Assembly (NCBI RefSeq): GCF_050337105.1
Contig: NZ_JAKJSQ010000048.1
Coordinates: 4,209 to 28,208, forward strand
DNA length: 24,000 nt
From: Aliivibrio kagoshimensis
Lineage (GTDB): Bacteria; Pseudomonadota; Gammaproteobacteria; Enterobacterales; Vibrionaceae
Reading direction: 5' to 3'
This document shows, piece after piece, positions 1 through 12,871 of the stretch (position 1 is the first letter of the stretch; the number at the start of each line of letters is the position of its first letter). Both the position numbers and the translations under genes were made by a program. The notes under the pieces were generated by a model. That model was not told where the DNA came from. It saw only the letters and a program-made list of their open reading frames with translations, and made no database searches.

Positions 1-2
1 GT

Positions 3-440
3 TTACCAGCACCCCTCAACGAAGTCCGCATCTTTATAGGCAGAGCGAACTCCTGCTGCATTGATGGATAATGTGCCACATCGATCACTCTCTTGCACTG
101 TCTGTGAGGTTGGTGTCGCGACAATACGATAGCGATCCATACCCGAACCTGTGGTGTAGCTAATGGTATAGCGAGTAATATCAGAATCACATACGGAGCA
201 ACTTCCCGCCTCTATAAGGGTGAGATCATAACTGCCGGTGTAGCTTCTCTCTAGCTGCAGTTGAATCGCCATTAAATCACTCATCGCTTGAACCCTATGC
301 CCTTTAACAACGTGCTGTTGCAAGGACGGGTAAACGGCAGAGGCGAGCAGGGCAATTACAAACAGAGTGACCAACAATTCGATCAGAGTCACGCCACGGT
401 AATAATAGTTGTCACTCTTGAAGCTGCTTTTATGAATCAT
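3..440 (-). CDS. Type IV pilin-like protein (PilE-like prepilin)
   Basis: 145-aa ORF. The N-terminus ...NYYYRG|VTLIELLVTLFVIALLASAVYP is a class III (prepilin peptidase) signal with G-1, E+5 and a hydrophobic alpha1-N helix. A C-terminal Cys pair (DRCG...EGCW) resembles the pilin D-region disulfide. The 16-aa leader is unusually long and the +1 residue is Val rather than Phe/Met. Confidence 0.8.
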   Translation of the reverse strand: MIHKSSFKSDNYYYRGVTLIELLVTLFVIALLASAVYPSLQQHVVKGHRVQAMSDLMAIQLQLERSYTGSYDLTLIEAGSCSVCDSDITRYTISYTTGSGMDRYRIVATPTSQTVQESDRCGTLSINAAGVRSAYKDADFVEGCW

Positions 441-542
441 GGTAGAAACTCCGCTGCTTGGTCTTTGCTCTGTTGTACTTCACTCTGGTTAACTTCTCTC
501 TTTTTGGTCACCATGATTTCGATAGCGAAAGGGAAGTGAGAA

Positions 543-1085
543 ATGAGTCGCGGATTTAGCTTAATAGAGTTACTGGTTGCGCTGTTTATTGTTGGGGTGA
601 TAACAAATGCAGCGATACCGCTATTTACTCAGACGATACAACTCAATCGAACCAGAGGTTTAGTCACTGAGCTGGAGTGGTTTTTAGTGGCTGCGAAATC
701 GGAAGCGATAGCACGTCATGAGGTGCTGTCCGTTCTCTATGTTCGTAACGATGAGAGGCATAATCAATATCGGCAGGAAGGGGATTGGATGATTGTCCTG
801 GTAGAGCCGCAGAACCTAGCTTCAGTGGTTGATATTGCCAGCGCACAAGAGCACGCCCTTATGTTGCTTGATGGAAAGAAGTTTAGCGGTATACCACTGA
901 AAATTGGCCATATGAATTTTAAGCAATTTTCTATTGAGCCTTTGCGAGGCTCTACCAACCGTTCTGGCAGTTATTGGGTACGACATAACAACGAACAGAA
1001 GATAAAAGTGATGATGAATTTGGGAACGGGGCGAATTCGAAGTTGCAGTTATCTAGGGAGTTATCTTGGCTATCGTCGCTGTTAA
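543..1085 (+). CDS. fimT: FimT/GspH-family type IV minor pilin
   Basis: 180-aa ORF with a short leader, MSRG|FSLIELLVALFIVGV (N-methylation motif). Size and layout fit GspH/FimT-type minor pilins. A C-terminal GRIR (GRxR) motif is encoded at nt 1029-1040 and is followed by Cys. A Shine-Dalgarno-like GGGAAG lies upstream. It is the first gene of an overlapping operon. Confidence 0.65.
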   Translation: MSRGFSLIELLVALFIVGVITNAAIPLFTQTIQLNRTRGLVTELEWFLVAAKSEAIARHEVLSVLYVRNDERHNQYRQEGDWMIVLVEPQNLASVVDIASAQEHALMLLDGKKFSGIPLKIGHMNFKQFSIEPLRGSTNRSGSYWVRHNNEQKIKVMMNLGTGRIRSCSYLGSYLGYRRC

Positions 1086-1710
1086 GGGGAGGCATCCATT
1101 ACAACAGGGAATGACTCTGCTTGAAGTGTTGGTCTCTGCTGCCATTACGTTGATAACCGTAATGAGCGTGGTTTCTCTGCATGTCGCGGGTACTCGATTG
1201 TTAATAAAACAGCAGCAACAACTGCGATTAACCCAGGGGTTAAACGATGCTATGCAACTGCTCAGTGCAGAGTTATTACGGGCGGGGTACTCAAGTAGCG
1301 CTTTGCCGTATCGCCTTGCAGGCAGTGAACAAGTGATTGCCGCTGCGCCCTCTTCCAGTACGCCTTCACTCTCTTTCCTATATCAGCAGAGCCTTCAGCA
1401 ATGGCAAGTGACAACGTTTCGCTATAAACCAAGCGTGGATATCCTGCAGTACTGTTACAAGCCAGTAGCGTTCTCTGAGGGGGATCTGCCCACCATGGAC
1501 GCTGAATGGGTGTGTGATGCTGGCGCTGTACGTTCCTTAGTGGATCAAAGCGTAATTAAAATTAGAGATTTTTACTTTCGCCAAACTGAATTCGAGCGGA
1601 AAAGGGGCCGTTTTCTTACTCTTGAAATAAGCATAACAGGGGAGTTAACGGCTGCGCCTCAATGGCGTAAAACCGTACGCAATCAGTTAACGATTAGGAA
1701 CTCCTATTAA
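1066..1710 (+). CDS. PilW-like type IV minor pilin
   Basis: 214-aa ORF containing ...PLQQG|MTLLEVLVSAAITLITV (prepilin motif). It uses a TTG start at 1066, preceded by AGGGAG (1055-1060) with a 5-nt spacer, and overlaps fimT by 20 nt. The PilW family assignment rests on size, position and N-terminus only. Confidence 0.6.
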   Translation: MAIVAVKGRHPLQQGMTLLEVLVSAAITLITVMSVVSLHVAGTRLLIKQQQQLRLTQGLNDAMQLLSAELLRAGYSSSALPYRLAGSEQVIAAAPSSSTPSLSFLYQQSLQQWQVTTFRYKPSVDILQYCYKPVAFSEGDLPTMDAEWVCDAGAVRSLVDQSVIKIRDFYFRQTEFERKRGRFLTLEISITGELTAAPQWRKTVRNQLTIRNSY

Positions 1711-2957
1711 TGAAAGCTCGAATGCAAGGCGCAGCCAGTTTATTGATCACTTGTCTATTGCTGCTATTGATTCTGGTGCTCACCCTATCCAGTTATCAAC
1801 GTCTCTTTTTTCAGATTAAACGTGTTCAAAATGAGGTAGAAACTCTGCAGCAGTTTTGGTTGGCTGAGTCGGCGCTTGAGTGCGCATTTTCCATTATTTC
1901 AGCTCAGGGCAGAGCTCCGGAAGATCTTCAGCAACAGTGTCTCAATTTGGGGATTGAGAGTGAGGAGTTGCAATTGTTACCTGCTTACCCGCACACCCTT
2001 AGCGTCACGATGAACAGCGGTAGGACGATCAGTAAACGATTGAGGTTATTCAACGATCGGTCTGCGGGGGTGATTCAAGCTCGCTCCAATTTGTTAGTTA
2101 ATGGCAATCTTTCATTCACGCCCGATGCGCGTGAGCAAAACGCAGGGGGGGACTGGCTGTGTAAATTAGTGAGTTATCAGGCCAACTTATCATTAAATGG
2201 CCAACTGACTAACGCTAACTTGGATGCTATGAGGCCACCTTATGACGATTTTCCCAATGCACAAACTTGTGCGGCGACGCATTTGACGCAAAACGTATTA
2301 TTAGCCGATGTGTCGAATGATGGCGTTGATGATCTGTTTATGCAGCGCTTTGATGTCCCAAGATCAGATTGGAAAAGCCTGATGTATGGTGGGAAGTTTT
2401 ATCAGATTCCACAGGGACTACCGGATGTGGATAGCGCGCTCCCTCCATCAGCGATGATTGAGAACTGCGGCGCTAAGATAGTCGCAGCCATTGAGGACGG
2501 TCACGATTTGATCTGGTTATATGGGAGCTGCGAGTTGAAACAGAGTGCACTGGATGTGACAGAGATTGAGGCGGCAATTACCGCTAACTCGAATGTGCAA
2601 GGGGTGTTGCTGGTGGTACATGATGGTATTTTCGCGACCAACGGTGAGCAGGGGCTTTCCGCTCTTATCTATCAGATCGTGACTGAGGGGAGTACCTTTG
2701 TACCGAGTGAGTTGTTATGGAGCTCAACAGAGTCGCATCAGTTGACCCCTGTTCCTTTGGGGATGACCCTATCCCAGCTGAGTTATTATCAAAGCGGCGG
2801 CTTTTATGCCAAAGGAGGATACGTATTGGACGCTCCGCATCTTACCGCATTATTTTCGGCAGACATTAACGGGGCGTTTAGCGGTGGGTTGCTAGATGGT
2901 GCACTGAAAAAAATTCGAGAGACTCGTTGGCAAATTGGATCTTGGCGTGACTATTAA
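1710..2957 (+). CDS. PilX_N-type pilus assembly protein, large (415 aa), function unknown
   Basis: The N-terminus MKARMQGAASLLITCLLLLLILVLTLSSYQ matches the PilX N-terminal pattern: Q-G-[AS] followed by a Leu-rich helix, with no canonical G/E+5 cleavage motif. I recognise no motif in the remaining ~370 aa. Its ATG overlaps the upstream stop (TAATG at 1708-1712). Confidence 0.5.
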   Translation: MKARMQGAASLLITCLLLLLILVLTLSSYQRLFFQIKRVQNEVETLQQFWLAESALECAFSIISAQGRAPEDLQQQCLNLGIESEELQLLPAYPHTLSVTMNSGRTISKRLRLFNDRSAGVIQARSNLLVNGNLSFTPDAREQNAGGDWLCKLVSYQANLSLNGQLTNANLDAMRPPYDDFPNAQTCAATHLTQNVLLADVSNDGVDDLFMQRFDVPRSDWKSLMYGGKFYQIPQGLPDVDSALPPSAMIENCGAKIVAAIEDGHDLIWLYGSCELKQSALDVTEIEAAITANSNVQGVLLVVHDGIFATNGEQGLSALIYQIVTEGSTFVPSELLWSSTESHQLTPVPLGMTLSQLSYYQSGGFYAKGGYVLDAPHLTALFSADINGAFSGGLLDGALKKIRETRWQIGSWRDY

Positions 2958-3351
2958 CCGAGGGTTTAGTCTGCTTGAGGTCGTTATCGCCAGCACACTA
3001 TTTATGGTGGCGTTTACTGGCTTGGTGAAGGTGCAAGTTACCATGGAGAGAGAGGCTGAAAATGCGCTGAGAAGTATTGATGCACTCTATGCGGCCAATG
3101 CCCAAATGGAGCGTTTTCGAGCTCACTCGGCACTAGGCAGTCCACTGACCTTTGAGCAGATAGTGACACAAAGTAGTGCCGTGATGGTGAATGGCATTGC
3201 GCTCACATGGCGTGTGGACAACCTGCAAACAGTGGAGGATATCGTGCGTTTAAAAAGCGTGACGATTATTGCCTCATGGGATAACCGTTGGCAGCAGAGT
3301 GAGTCAGTCACCTTGACCAGCTCACTCTCTCGCTACAGTGGGGATTATTGA
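2947..3351 (+). CDS. PilV-like type IV minor pilin
   Basis: Contains the motif TINRG|FSLLEVVIASTLFMVAFTGL. The ORF track starts at TTG 2935. GTG 2947 gives a typical 6-aa leader (MTINRG). Either start overlaps the upstream gene. At 134-138 aa it is the right size for PilV. Confidence 0.6.
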   Translation: MTINRGFSLLEVVIASTLFMVAFTGLVKVQVTMEREAENALRSIDALYAANAQMERFRAHSALGSPLTFEQIVTQSSAVMVNGIALTWRVDNLQTVEDIVRLKSVTIIASWDNRWQQSESVTLTSSLSRYSGDY

Positions 3352-3374
3352 GTGTTGAGTTTAGGGATATCGAT

Positions 3375-4529
3375 TTAGCTGAGTAGCGGTAAAAGCATAC
3401 CAACAGCAAGGTAGAATCCCACCATGGCAACAATCGGCAATTTGATGCTTTTCAGCAGATAAACACCGAGTATAACCAAGGCCATATCAATACCGTTACC
3501 GACTGCACTTTGAAAGACTGGTTGATAAAGCGCAGATAATAACAGCCCTACAACCGCAGCGTTTACCCCATTCATCGCCCCTGAAAGGGCTGGGATAGCA
3601 GCGAGCTGTTGCCAGTTTTTTAATACTACTAACACCAGCAAGAACCCCGGTAAAAAGACCGCAAGGGTGGCGATGAGTGCGCCCCATATTGGGGTGTTAG
3701 GCAGCAGTTCATAACCGAGGAAAGTGGCGAAGGTAAACATCGGACCCGGTACGGCTTGAGCGGTGGCATATCCGGTTAAAAAGGCATCTTGTGACAGTTG
3801 ATCACCGACTAAATTTTCTAGTAGCGGCAGAACCACATGACCGCCACCAAACACTAGGCTACCCGCTTGGTAGAAATTAGAAAACAGCGCTATCTGGTCA
3901 GAATAGTGAGCCAATGTTGGCAAGCCGATTAACAGCCCAACAAAGATAACTAATGAGATCCAGTTTAGCTGAAATTTACCTTGTTCGACGGGGCTTGTCG
4001 GAGGGGTATCCGACATCTGAAAACGTCCAACGATGGCGGCAAACAGCAACACCAAGATTTGAGTGAGTATTGAGGGAGCAACTAACAGCACCATGGCGGT
4101 GAAAACGGCTAAGGCGACGCCAACTTTCTGTTTGCAAAAGTTATTGAACATTCCCCACGCTGCATCGGTCACCACGATGACCGCCAATATTTTTAGACCA
4201 TGTACAGCACCTTGAAAAAAGGTGTTGTCGGTGAGCAGGGTACTGAGCGCAGCGATGACTAACATCAAAATTACTGAGGGTAGGGTAAAACCTAAAAAGG
4301 CGGCAATGGCACCAAGAATACCCCCGCGATGGTAACCGATAGAGAAACCAACTTGGCTAGAGCCTGGGCCGGGTAAAAACTGACTTAGGGCTACAAATTG
4401 GCCGTACTCCTTGTCACTGAGCCATTGGTGCTTTTCAACAAAAGCGTGCCTAAAATAGCCGATATGCGCTGCAGGACCACCAAAACTGACCCAACCAAGC
4501 ATAAAAAATTTAATGAAAATATCGAGCAT
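3375..4529 (-). CDS. chrA: Chromate ion transporter (CHR family), ChrA
   Basis: 384-aa polytopic membrane protein. The N-terminal FGGPAAHIGYF...LSQFLPGPGSSQ and the second-half VFGGGHVVLPLL...AQAVPGPMFTFATFLG are the duplicated CHR-domain signatures of full-length ChrA. Confidence 0.9.
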   Translation of the reverse strand: MLDIFIKFFMLGWVSFGGPAAHIGYFRHAFVEKHQWLSDKEYGQFVALSQFLPGPGSSQVGFSIGYHRGGILGAIAAFLGFTLPSVILMLVIAALSTLLTDNTFFQGAVHGLKILAVIVVTDAAWGMFNNFCKQKVGVALAVFTAMVLLVAPSILTQILVLLFAAIVGRFQMSDTPPTSPVEQGKFQLNWISLVIFVGLLIGLPTLAHYSDQIALFSNFYQAGSLVFGGGHVVLPLLENLVGDQLSQDAFLTGYATAQAVPGPMFTFATFLGYELLPNTPIWGALIATLAVFLPGFLLVLVVLKNWQQLAAIPALSGAMNGVNAAVVGLLLSALYQPVFQSAVGNGIDMALVILGVYLLKSIKLPIVAMVGFYLAVGMLLPLLS

Positions 4530-4627
4530 ATGAGTGACCTTTTTATAACAAAATGATGAAAATTCTTACTGCACACACGATAATAAAAAACATATAATGA
4601 TTCAAATTGATTGTTTTGGTTATAGTT

Positions 4628-5563
4628 ATGAATAATATTAATTGGCGTGCTGTGGATCTTAATTTACTGGTGGTTTTTGATACTTTGATGACACAGCGCA
4701 GTGTTTCAAAGGCTGCCGATAAACTCTCTGTCGGTCAGTCTGCCATGAGCCACAGCTTATCCAGATTGAGAGGGCTACTCGATGATCCTCTGTTTGAGCG
4801 ACAAGGTCAGGTGATGATGCCCAGCAAAAAGGCGTTAGAACTGGCCCCAGTGATCACTCATATTCTCAATCAGATCTCAGAACAAGTGCTGCACTCATCA
4901 GGTTTTGAACCGAATGAGTATCAAGGGAAGTTAAAAATTGGCTTGACCGATTATGCTGAGTTGCTATTTGCTCCTGCGTTATTTGATGCCATTTTGCAGC
5001 AAGCGCCTTTCAGTCAGATCTGTTTTTACAATGTGGATAGGAGCAGTTATCAGCAGGCATTTCTCGATTATCAACTCGATTTTATGATTGGCAGTGTGGC
5101 TGAATCCACCAGTCACTTTACCCGCACTCACCTTTATACCGAGCAACATGTCTGTTTGTTTGATCCCCAGTCTACGGGGATAAACCTTCCTATAACCATG
5201 AGTGATTACCTCTCTGTTCCCCATGCATTAGCCAGTCCGAATGGTCAATTGACCAGTGGGGTAGATAGCCAGCTGGCAGAACTGGATAAACAGCGCACGG
5301 TAAGCATTACCTCTCGAAATTTCTTAACACTTCGTCATCTAATTAGAGGGAGGAAGCTGTTGTGCGTGGTCCCGGAGTTGATGGCTAAGTTGGATCTCTT
5401 TTCTCACGATCTGGCGTGCGATAACCCCCCCGTAGAGGTACCTGATTTTGATATTGATATGCTGTGGGAGAAACGCAATGATCAGCACGGAAGAAGCCTT
5501 TGGTTGCGAGAGGTCGCGAGCGAAGCGATATTAAATGAGGTGAAACGGTTAAAGCAATCATGA
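4628..5563 (+). CDS. LysR-family transcriptional regulator
   Basis: The N-terminal wHTH VDLNLLVVFDTLMTQRSVSKAADKLSVGQSAMSHSLSRLR is followed by a substrate-binding domain. I prefer ATG 4628 (MNNINW...) to the TTG 4607 start in the track. It is divergent from chrA. Confidence 0.85.
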   Translation: MNNINWRAVDLNLLVVFDTLMTQRSVSKAADKLSVGQSAMSHSLSRLRGLLDDPLFERQGQVMMPSKKALELAPVITHILNQISEQVLHSSGFEPNEYQGKLKIGLTDYAELLFAPALFDAILQQAPFSQICFYNVDRSSYQQAFLDYQLDFMIGSVAESTSHFTRTHLYTEQHVCLFDPQSTGINLPITMSDYLSVPHALASPNGQLTSGVDSQLAELDKQRTVSITSRNFLTLRHLIRGRKLLCVVPELMAKLDLFSHDLACDNPPVEVPDFDIDMLWEKRNDQHGRSLWLREVASEAILNEVKRLKQS

Positions 5564-5575
5564 TTGAGGGGGGAA

Positions 5576-5600
5576 CAGCCACCAATGGGATTGATGGCTG
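5576..5600. terminator. Hairpin between convergent LysR and ebgC genes
   Basis: CAGCCACCAAT-GGG-ATTGATGGCTG forms 10 of 11 base pairs and is followed by CTTGTTGG on the plus strand. The U-tract is weak. Confidence 0.35.
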
Positions 5601-5628
5601 CTTGTTGGATAGGGCAATTAAATACAGG

Positions 5629-9233
<3,605 letters not shown>

Positions 9234-9263
9234 CTATAGTGTGATCTTGGTTGAAAAATAGGC

Positions 9264-9296
9264 ACAAAAAAAGGCAAGTCGATATACCTGCCTTTT
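9264..9296 (-). terminator. Rho-independent terminator of ebgR
   Basis: On the minus strand the sequence reads AAAAGGCAGGT-ATATCG-ACTTGCCTTTT, running into TTTTTTTGT. It begins about 23 nt after the ebgR stop codon. Confidence 0.65.
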
Positions 9297-9318
9297 GTTG
9301 ATGTCGTTTGCATAAAAA

Positions 9319-10308
<990 letters not shown>

Positions 10309-10485
10309 CTACTTACTCAACTTCGTATTGACCAATATTCTGCTGTTTATAGTAGTGTAATTATGAATGAATATGGAGAAAAATTTAGTAAAGCCATTGG
10401 TTTTTTCATCGATTTTAATGCCGTTAAAGTGCTGGCTATGCAAATGATGGCGTAAATATAGTAGAAGTTCGTTTATAACCCTGCG

Positions 10486-10499
10486 TGTAAACGTTTACA
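10486..10499. promoter_or_regulatory. Perfect LacI-family operator palindrome upstream of galT (GalR-type)
   Basis: TGTAAACGTTTACA is a perfect 14-bp palindrome with a central CG. It lies 86-99 nt upstream of the galT ATG in the ebgR-galT divergent region. Confidence 0.7.
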
Positions 10500-10584
10500 T
10501 TGATGGGATTTAGATCACTGTTCGATCACTGGTTGATTGATAGACTGAATTGAAATTTCACCTCGTTGATAAAAAGAGTTCCTT

Positions 10585-11679
10585 ATGTCTAGTGTTGATT
10601 CAAGTCGCGATGAGTTTAGTGCCATTGACCATCCACATCGTCGTTATAACCCGTTAACAGGACAGTGGGTATTGGTATCCCCGCATCGAGCAAAACGGCC
10701 GTGGCAAGGTCAGGATGAAAAACCGTCACCTACCCCTAGTGATAGCCATGACCCCGATTGTTTCCTGTGCGCCAATAATTCGCGTATTTCAGGAGAGAAG
10801 AATCCCGATTACCAAGGAACGTTTGTCTTCACCAATGACTTTGCCGCGTTAACCACGGACACGCCTGATGCGCCTGCTTCAACCAATCCACTGTTTCGTA
10901 GCCAAAGTGCTCGTGGATTAAGTCGAGTTATCTGTTTCTCTCCCGATCACAGTAAAACCCTGCCTGAGTTACCACCAGAAAGCATCTTGGCGTTGGTAGA
11001 CACTTGGGAGCAGCAGATATCCGAACTGGGTAAAGAGTACCTTTGGGTACAGGCGTTTGAAAACAAAGGAGCGGTGATGGGGTGTTCTCAACCGCATCCA
11101 CATGGGCAGGTATGGGCCAATAACTTTTTACCCAATGAGATAGAGAGAAAAGATAAGCAGCTACGAGACTATCAGCAGCAACATGGCAGTAACCTATTAC
11201 TCGATTATGTTCAGAGTGAAGCGAAAGATGGATCTCGAACAGTGGTAGAAACAGAACACTGGTTGGCGGTTGTCCCTTATTGGGCTGCTTGGCCCTTTGA
11301 AACCATGTTATTGCCTAAAACACCTATTCGCCGCATGAGCGAGTTAAGTGGCGAGCAGAGAGTCGATTTGGCTCTGGCGTTGAAAAAGTTGACCAGTCGA
11401 TATGACAATCTATTCAAATGCTCATTTCCCTATTCGATGGGCTGGCATTATGCGCCTTTCTTTGAACACGCATTAGACCCGTCTCACCCCACTGATATTG
11501 ATCACTGGCAGCTGCACGCTCTGTTCTATCCACCGCTGCTTCGCTCTGCAACGGTACGTAAGTTCATGGTGGGTTATGAGATGTTAGCGGAGAGCCAACG
11601 AGATTTGACGCCAGAACAAGCGGCTGAAAAGCTGAGAGCTGTCAGCGACGTTCACTATTTAGATAACGACGGTTTATAA
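10585..11679 (+). CDS. galT: Galactose-1-phosphate uridylyltransferase
   Basis: 364 aa. Diagnostic segments are [27 protein letters not shown], the Zn site CFLC and the active-site HPHGQVWA. It is collinear with E. coli GalT. Confidence 0.95.
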   Translation: MSSVDSSRDEFSAIDHPHRRYNPLTGQWVLVSPHRAKRPWQGQDEKPSPTPSDSHDPDCFLCANNSRISGEKNPDYQGTFVFTNDFAALTTDTPDAPASTNPLFRSQSARGLSRVICFSPDHSKTLPELPPESILALVDTWEQQISELGKEYLWVQAFENKGAVMGCSQPHPHGQVWANNFLPNEIERKDKQLRDYQQQHGSNLLLDYVQSEAKDGSRTVVETEHWLAVVPYWAAWPFETMLLPKTPIRRMSELSGEQRVDLALALKKLTSRYDNLFKCSFPYSMGWHYAPFFEHALDPSHPTDIDHWQLHALFYPPLLRSATVRKFMVGYEMLAESQRDLTPEQAAEKLRAVSDVHYLDNDGL

Positions 11680-11698
11680 GCCTAAGACGAGAGATATT

Positions 11699-12871
11699 AT
11701 GATGAATTCTATGGTATTAGCCAAAAAAGTAAGCCGATCTTTTCAAGATAGCTTTGGTTATTCAGCGCAAGCATTTATTCAAGCGCCTGGACGCGTCAAC
11801 TTAATTGGTGAACATACCGATTATAACGATGGTTTTGTTCTTCCTTGTGCCATTAACTACCAAACGGTGGTGGCTGCTAGCAAAAGAGAGGACAACATCG
11901 TTCGGATCGTATCGGTCGATTATGGCAACGAGATTAACCAGTTTGACCTTGGTCAAGCGATCACTTTTGAAGCCGATTGTATGTGGGCTAACTACATTCG
12001 AGGTGTGGTTAGCTGTTTATTGCAGCGTGGTTATCAACTTGGTGGTGCCGATATTGCAGTCAGCGGTGACGTCCCACAGGGAGCGGGCTTGAGTTCATCC
12101 GCCGCTCTAGAAGTGGTGATTGGACAGACGTTTAAAACGTTGTATGACTTAGACATTAGCCAGCAAGAGATTGCGCTAAATGGCCAGCAAGCTGAGAACG
12201 AATTTGTTGGTTGCAATTGCGGCATCATGGATCAACTTATCTCGGCTGAAGGGCAAGAGAGTCATGCGTTGTTGATTGATTGCCGAACGTTAGAGACCAC
12301 GGCCGTTCCTCTGCCGGAAGGTGTGATCGTTATGATCATAAACTCCAATAAACAGAGAGGGCTGGTGGACAGTGAATACAATACTCGCCGTCAACAGTGT
12401 GAAGAAGCGGCTGAAATCTTTGGAGTGAAAGCGCTACGAGACGTGACGCTACAACAGTTTGATCAACGCAGTAGCGAACTCAGTGAAGTCGTTGCCAAAC
12501 GCGCGAAGCATGTGATTAGTGAGAATGATCGTACGGTGTTGGCCGCGGTCGCATTAAAAGAGGGCGATCTCCCTCGAATGGCTCAGTTGATGGAGCAATC
12601 TCATCTCTCGATGAAAGAGGACTTTGAAATCACGGTTACAGAGGTAGATACTCTTGTCGATATTGTTAAGCAGCAGCTGGGTAATGATGGGGGAGTTCGC
12701 ATGACAGGCGGCGGCTTTGGTGGCTGTATTGTCGCCATGATGACCCCAGATAAAGTGGAGCAGGTTCGGTTGGCTGTTGAGGAAAATTATGAAGTGATGA
12801 CGGGATTGAAAGCGTCAATTTATGTGTGTCAGGCAAAATCGGGTGCTTCTCAGTTTGAGCTGGTTGTGTAA
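11699..12871 (+). CDS. galK: Galactokinase
   Basis: 390 aa. It carries the galactokinase signature [22 protein letters not shown] and the GHMP motif [14 protein letters not shown]. The start could equally be 11702 or 11711. Confidence 0.95.
   Translation: MMNSMVLAKKVSRSFQDSFGYSAQAFIQAPGRVNLIGEHTDYNDGFVLPCAINYQTVVAASKREDNIVRIVSVDYGNEINQFDLGQAITFEADCMWANYIRGVVSCLLQRGYQLGGADIAVSGDVPQGAGLSSSAALEVVIGQTFKTLYDLDISQQEIALNGQQAENEFVGCNCGIMDQLISAEGQESHALLIDCRTLETTAVPLPEGVIVMIINSNKQRGLVDSEYNTRRQQCEEAAEIFGVKALRDVTLQQFDQRSSELSEVVAKRAKHVISENDRTVLAAVALKEGDLPRMAQLMEQSHLSMKEDFEITVTEVDTLVDIVKQQLGNDGGVRMTGGGFGGCIVAMMTPDKVEQVRLAVEENYEVMTGLKASIYVCQAKSGASQFELVV

Noticed and set aside
288-539. An 83-aa plus-strand ORF overlapping the 5' part of the PilE-like gene.
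   Set aside because: It is antisense to a gene with a clear prepilin motif. It has no Shine-Dalgarno and its sequence looks implausible.
441-542. A TfoX/CRP-S competence-type site in the divergent pilin promoter region, for example the TTTCGATAGCGAAA 12/14 palindrome at about 513-526.
   Set aside because: The spacing is wrong for TGCGA-N6-TCGCA, because the half-sites are only 3-4 nt apart. I found no other acceptable match. A PWM scan would be needed.
5425-5431. A C7 homopolymer in the LysR gene, a G6 run at 5568-5573 and an A8 run at 21765-21772, considered as phase-variation tracts.
   Set aside because: They occur in housekeeping-type regulator or transporter genes or in intergenic DNA. 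They are short, and they are consistent with background homopolymer frequency. Their presence weakens the case for the G7 tract in the pilus gene.
10363-10455. Small ORFs in the ebgR-galT intergenic region: a 30-aa ORF (MNEYGEKFSKAIGFFIDFNAVKVLAMQMMA) and an overlapping 24-aa ORF starting at 10373.
   Set aside because: There is no Shine-Dalgarno upstream of either ATG, and the two overlap in different frames. The region is more simply promoter DNA for the two divergent operons. Ribosome profiling would be needed to revive this.
10648-10665. A candidate second (internal, OI-like) gal operator inside galT (TATAACCCGTTAACAGG).
   Set aside because: It matches the operator palindrome at only about 8 of 14 positions. 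It also encodes the strongly conserved RYNPLTGQ peptide of GalT, so the resemblance is explained by coding constraint.
11805-12092. A 95-aa alternate-frame ORF inside galK. Similar internal ORFs occur in ebgA (for example 6390-6740 and 7313-7615), ebgR, galM, galR, chrA and the ALDH gene.
   Set aside because: All are nested in strongly supported genes with orthologue-collinear translations. They lack RBSs and recognisable motifs.
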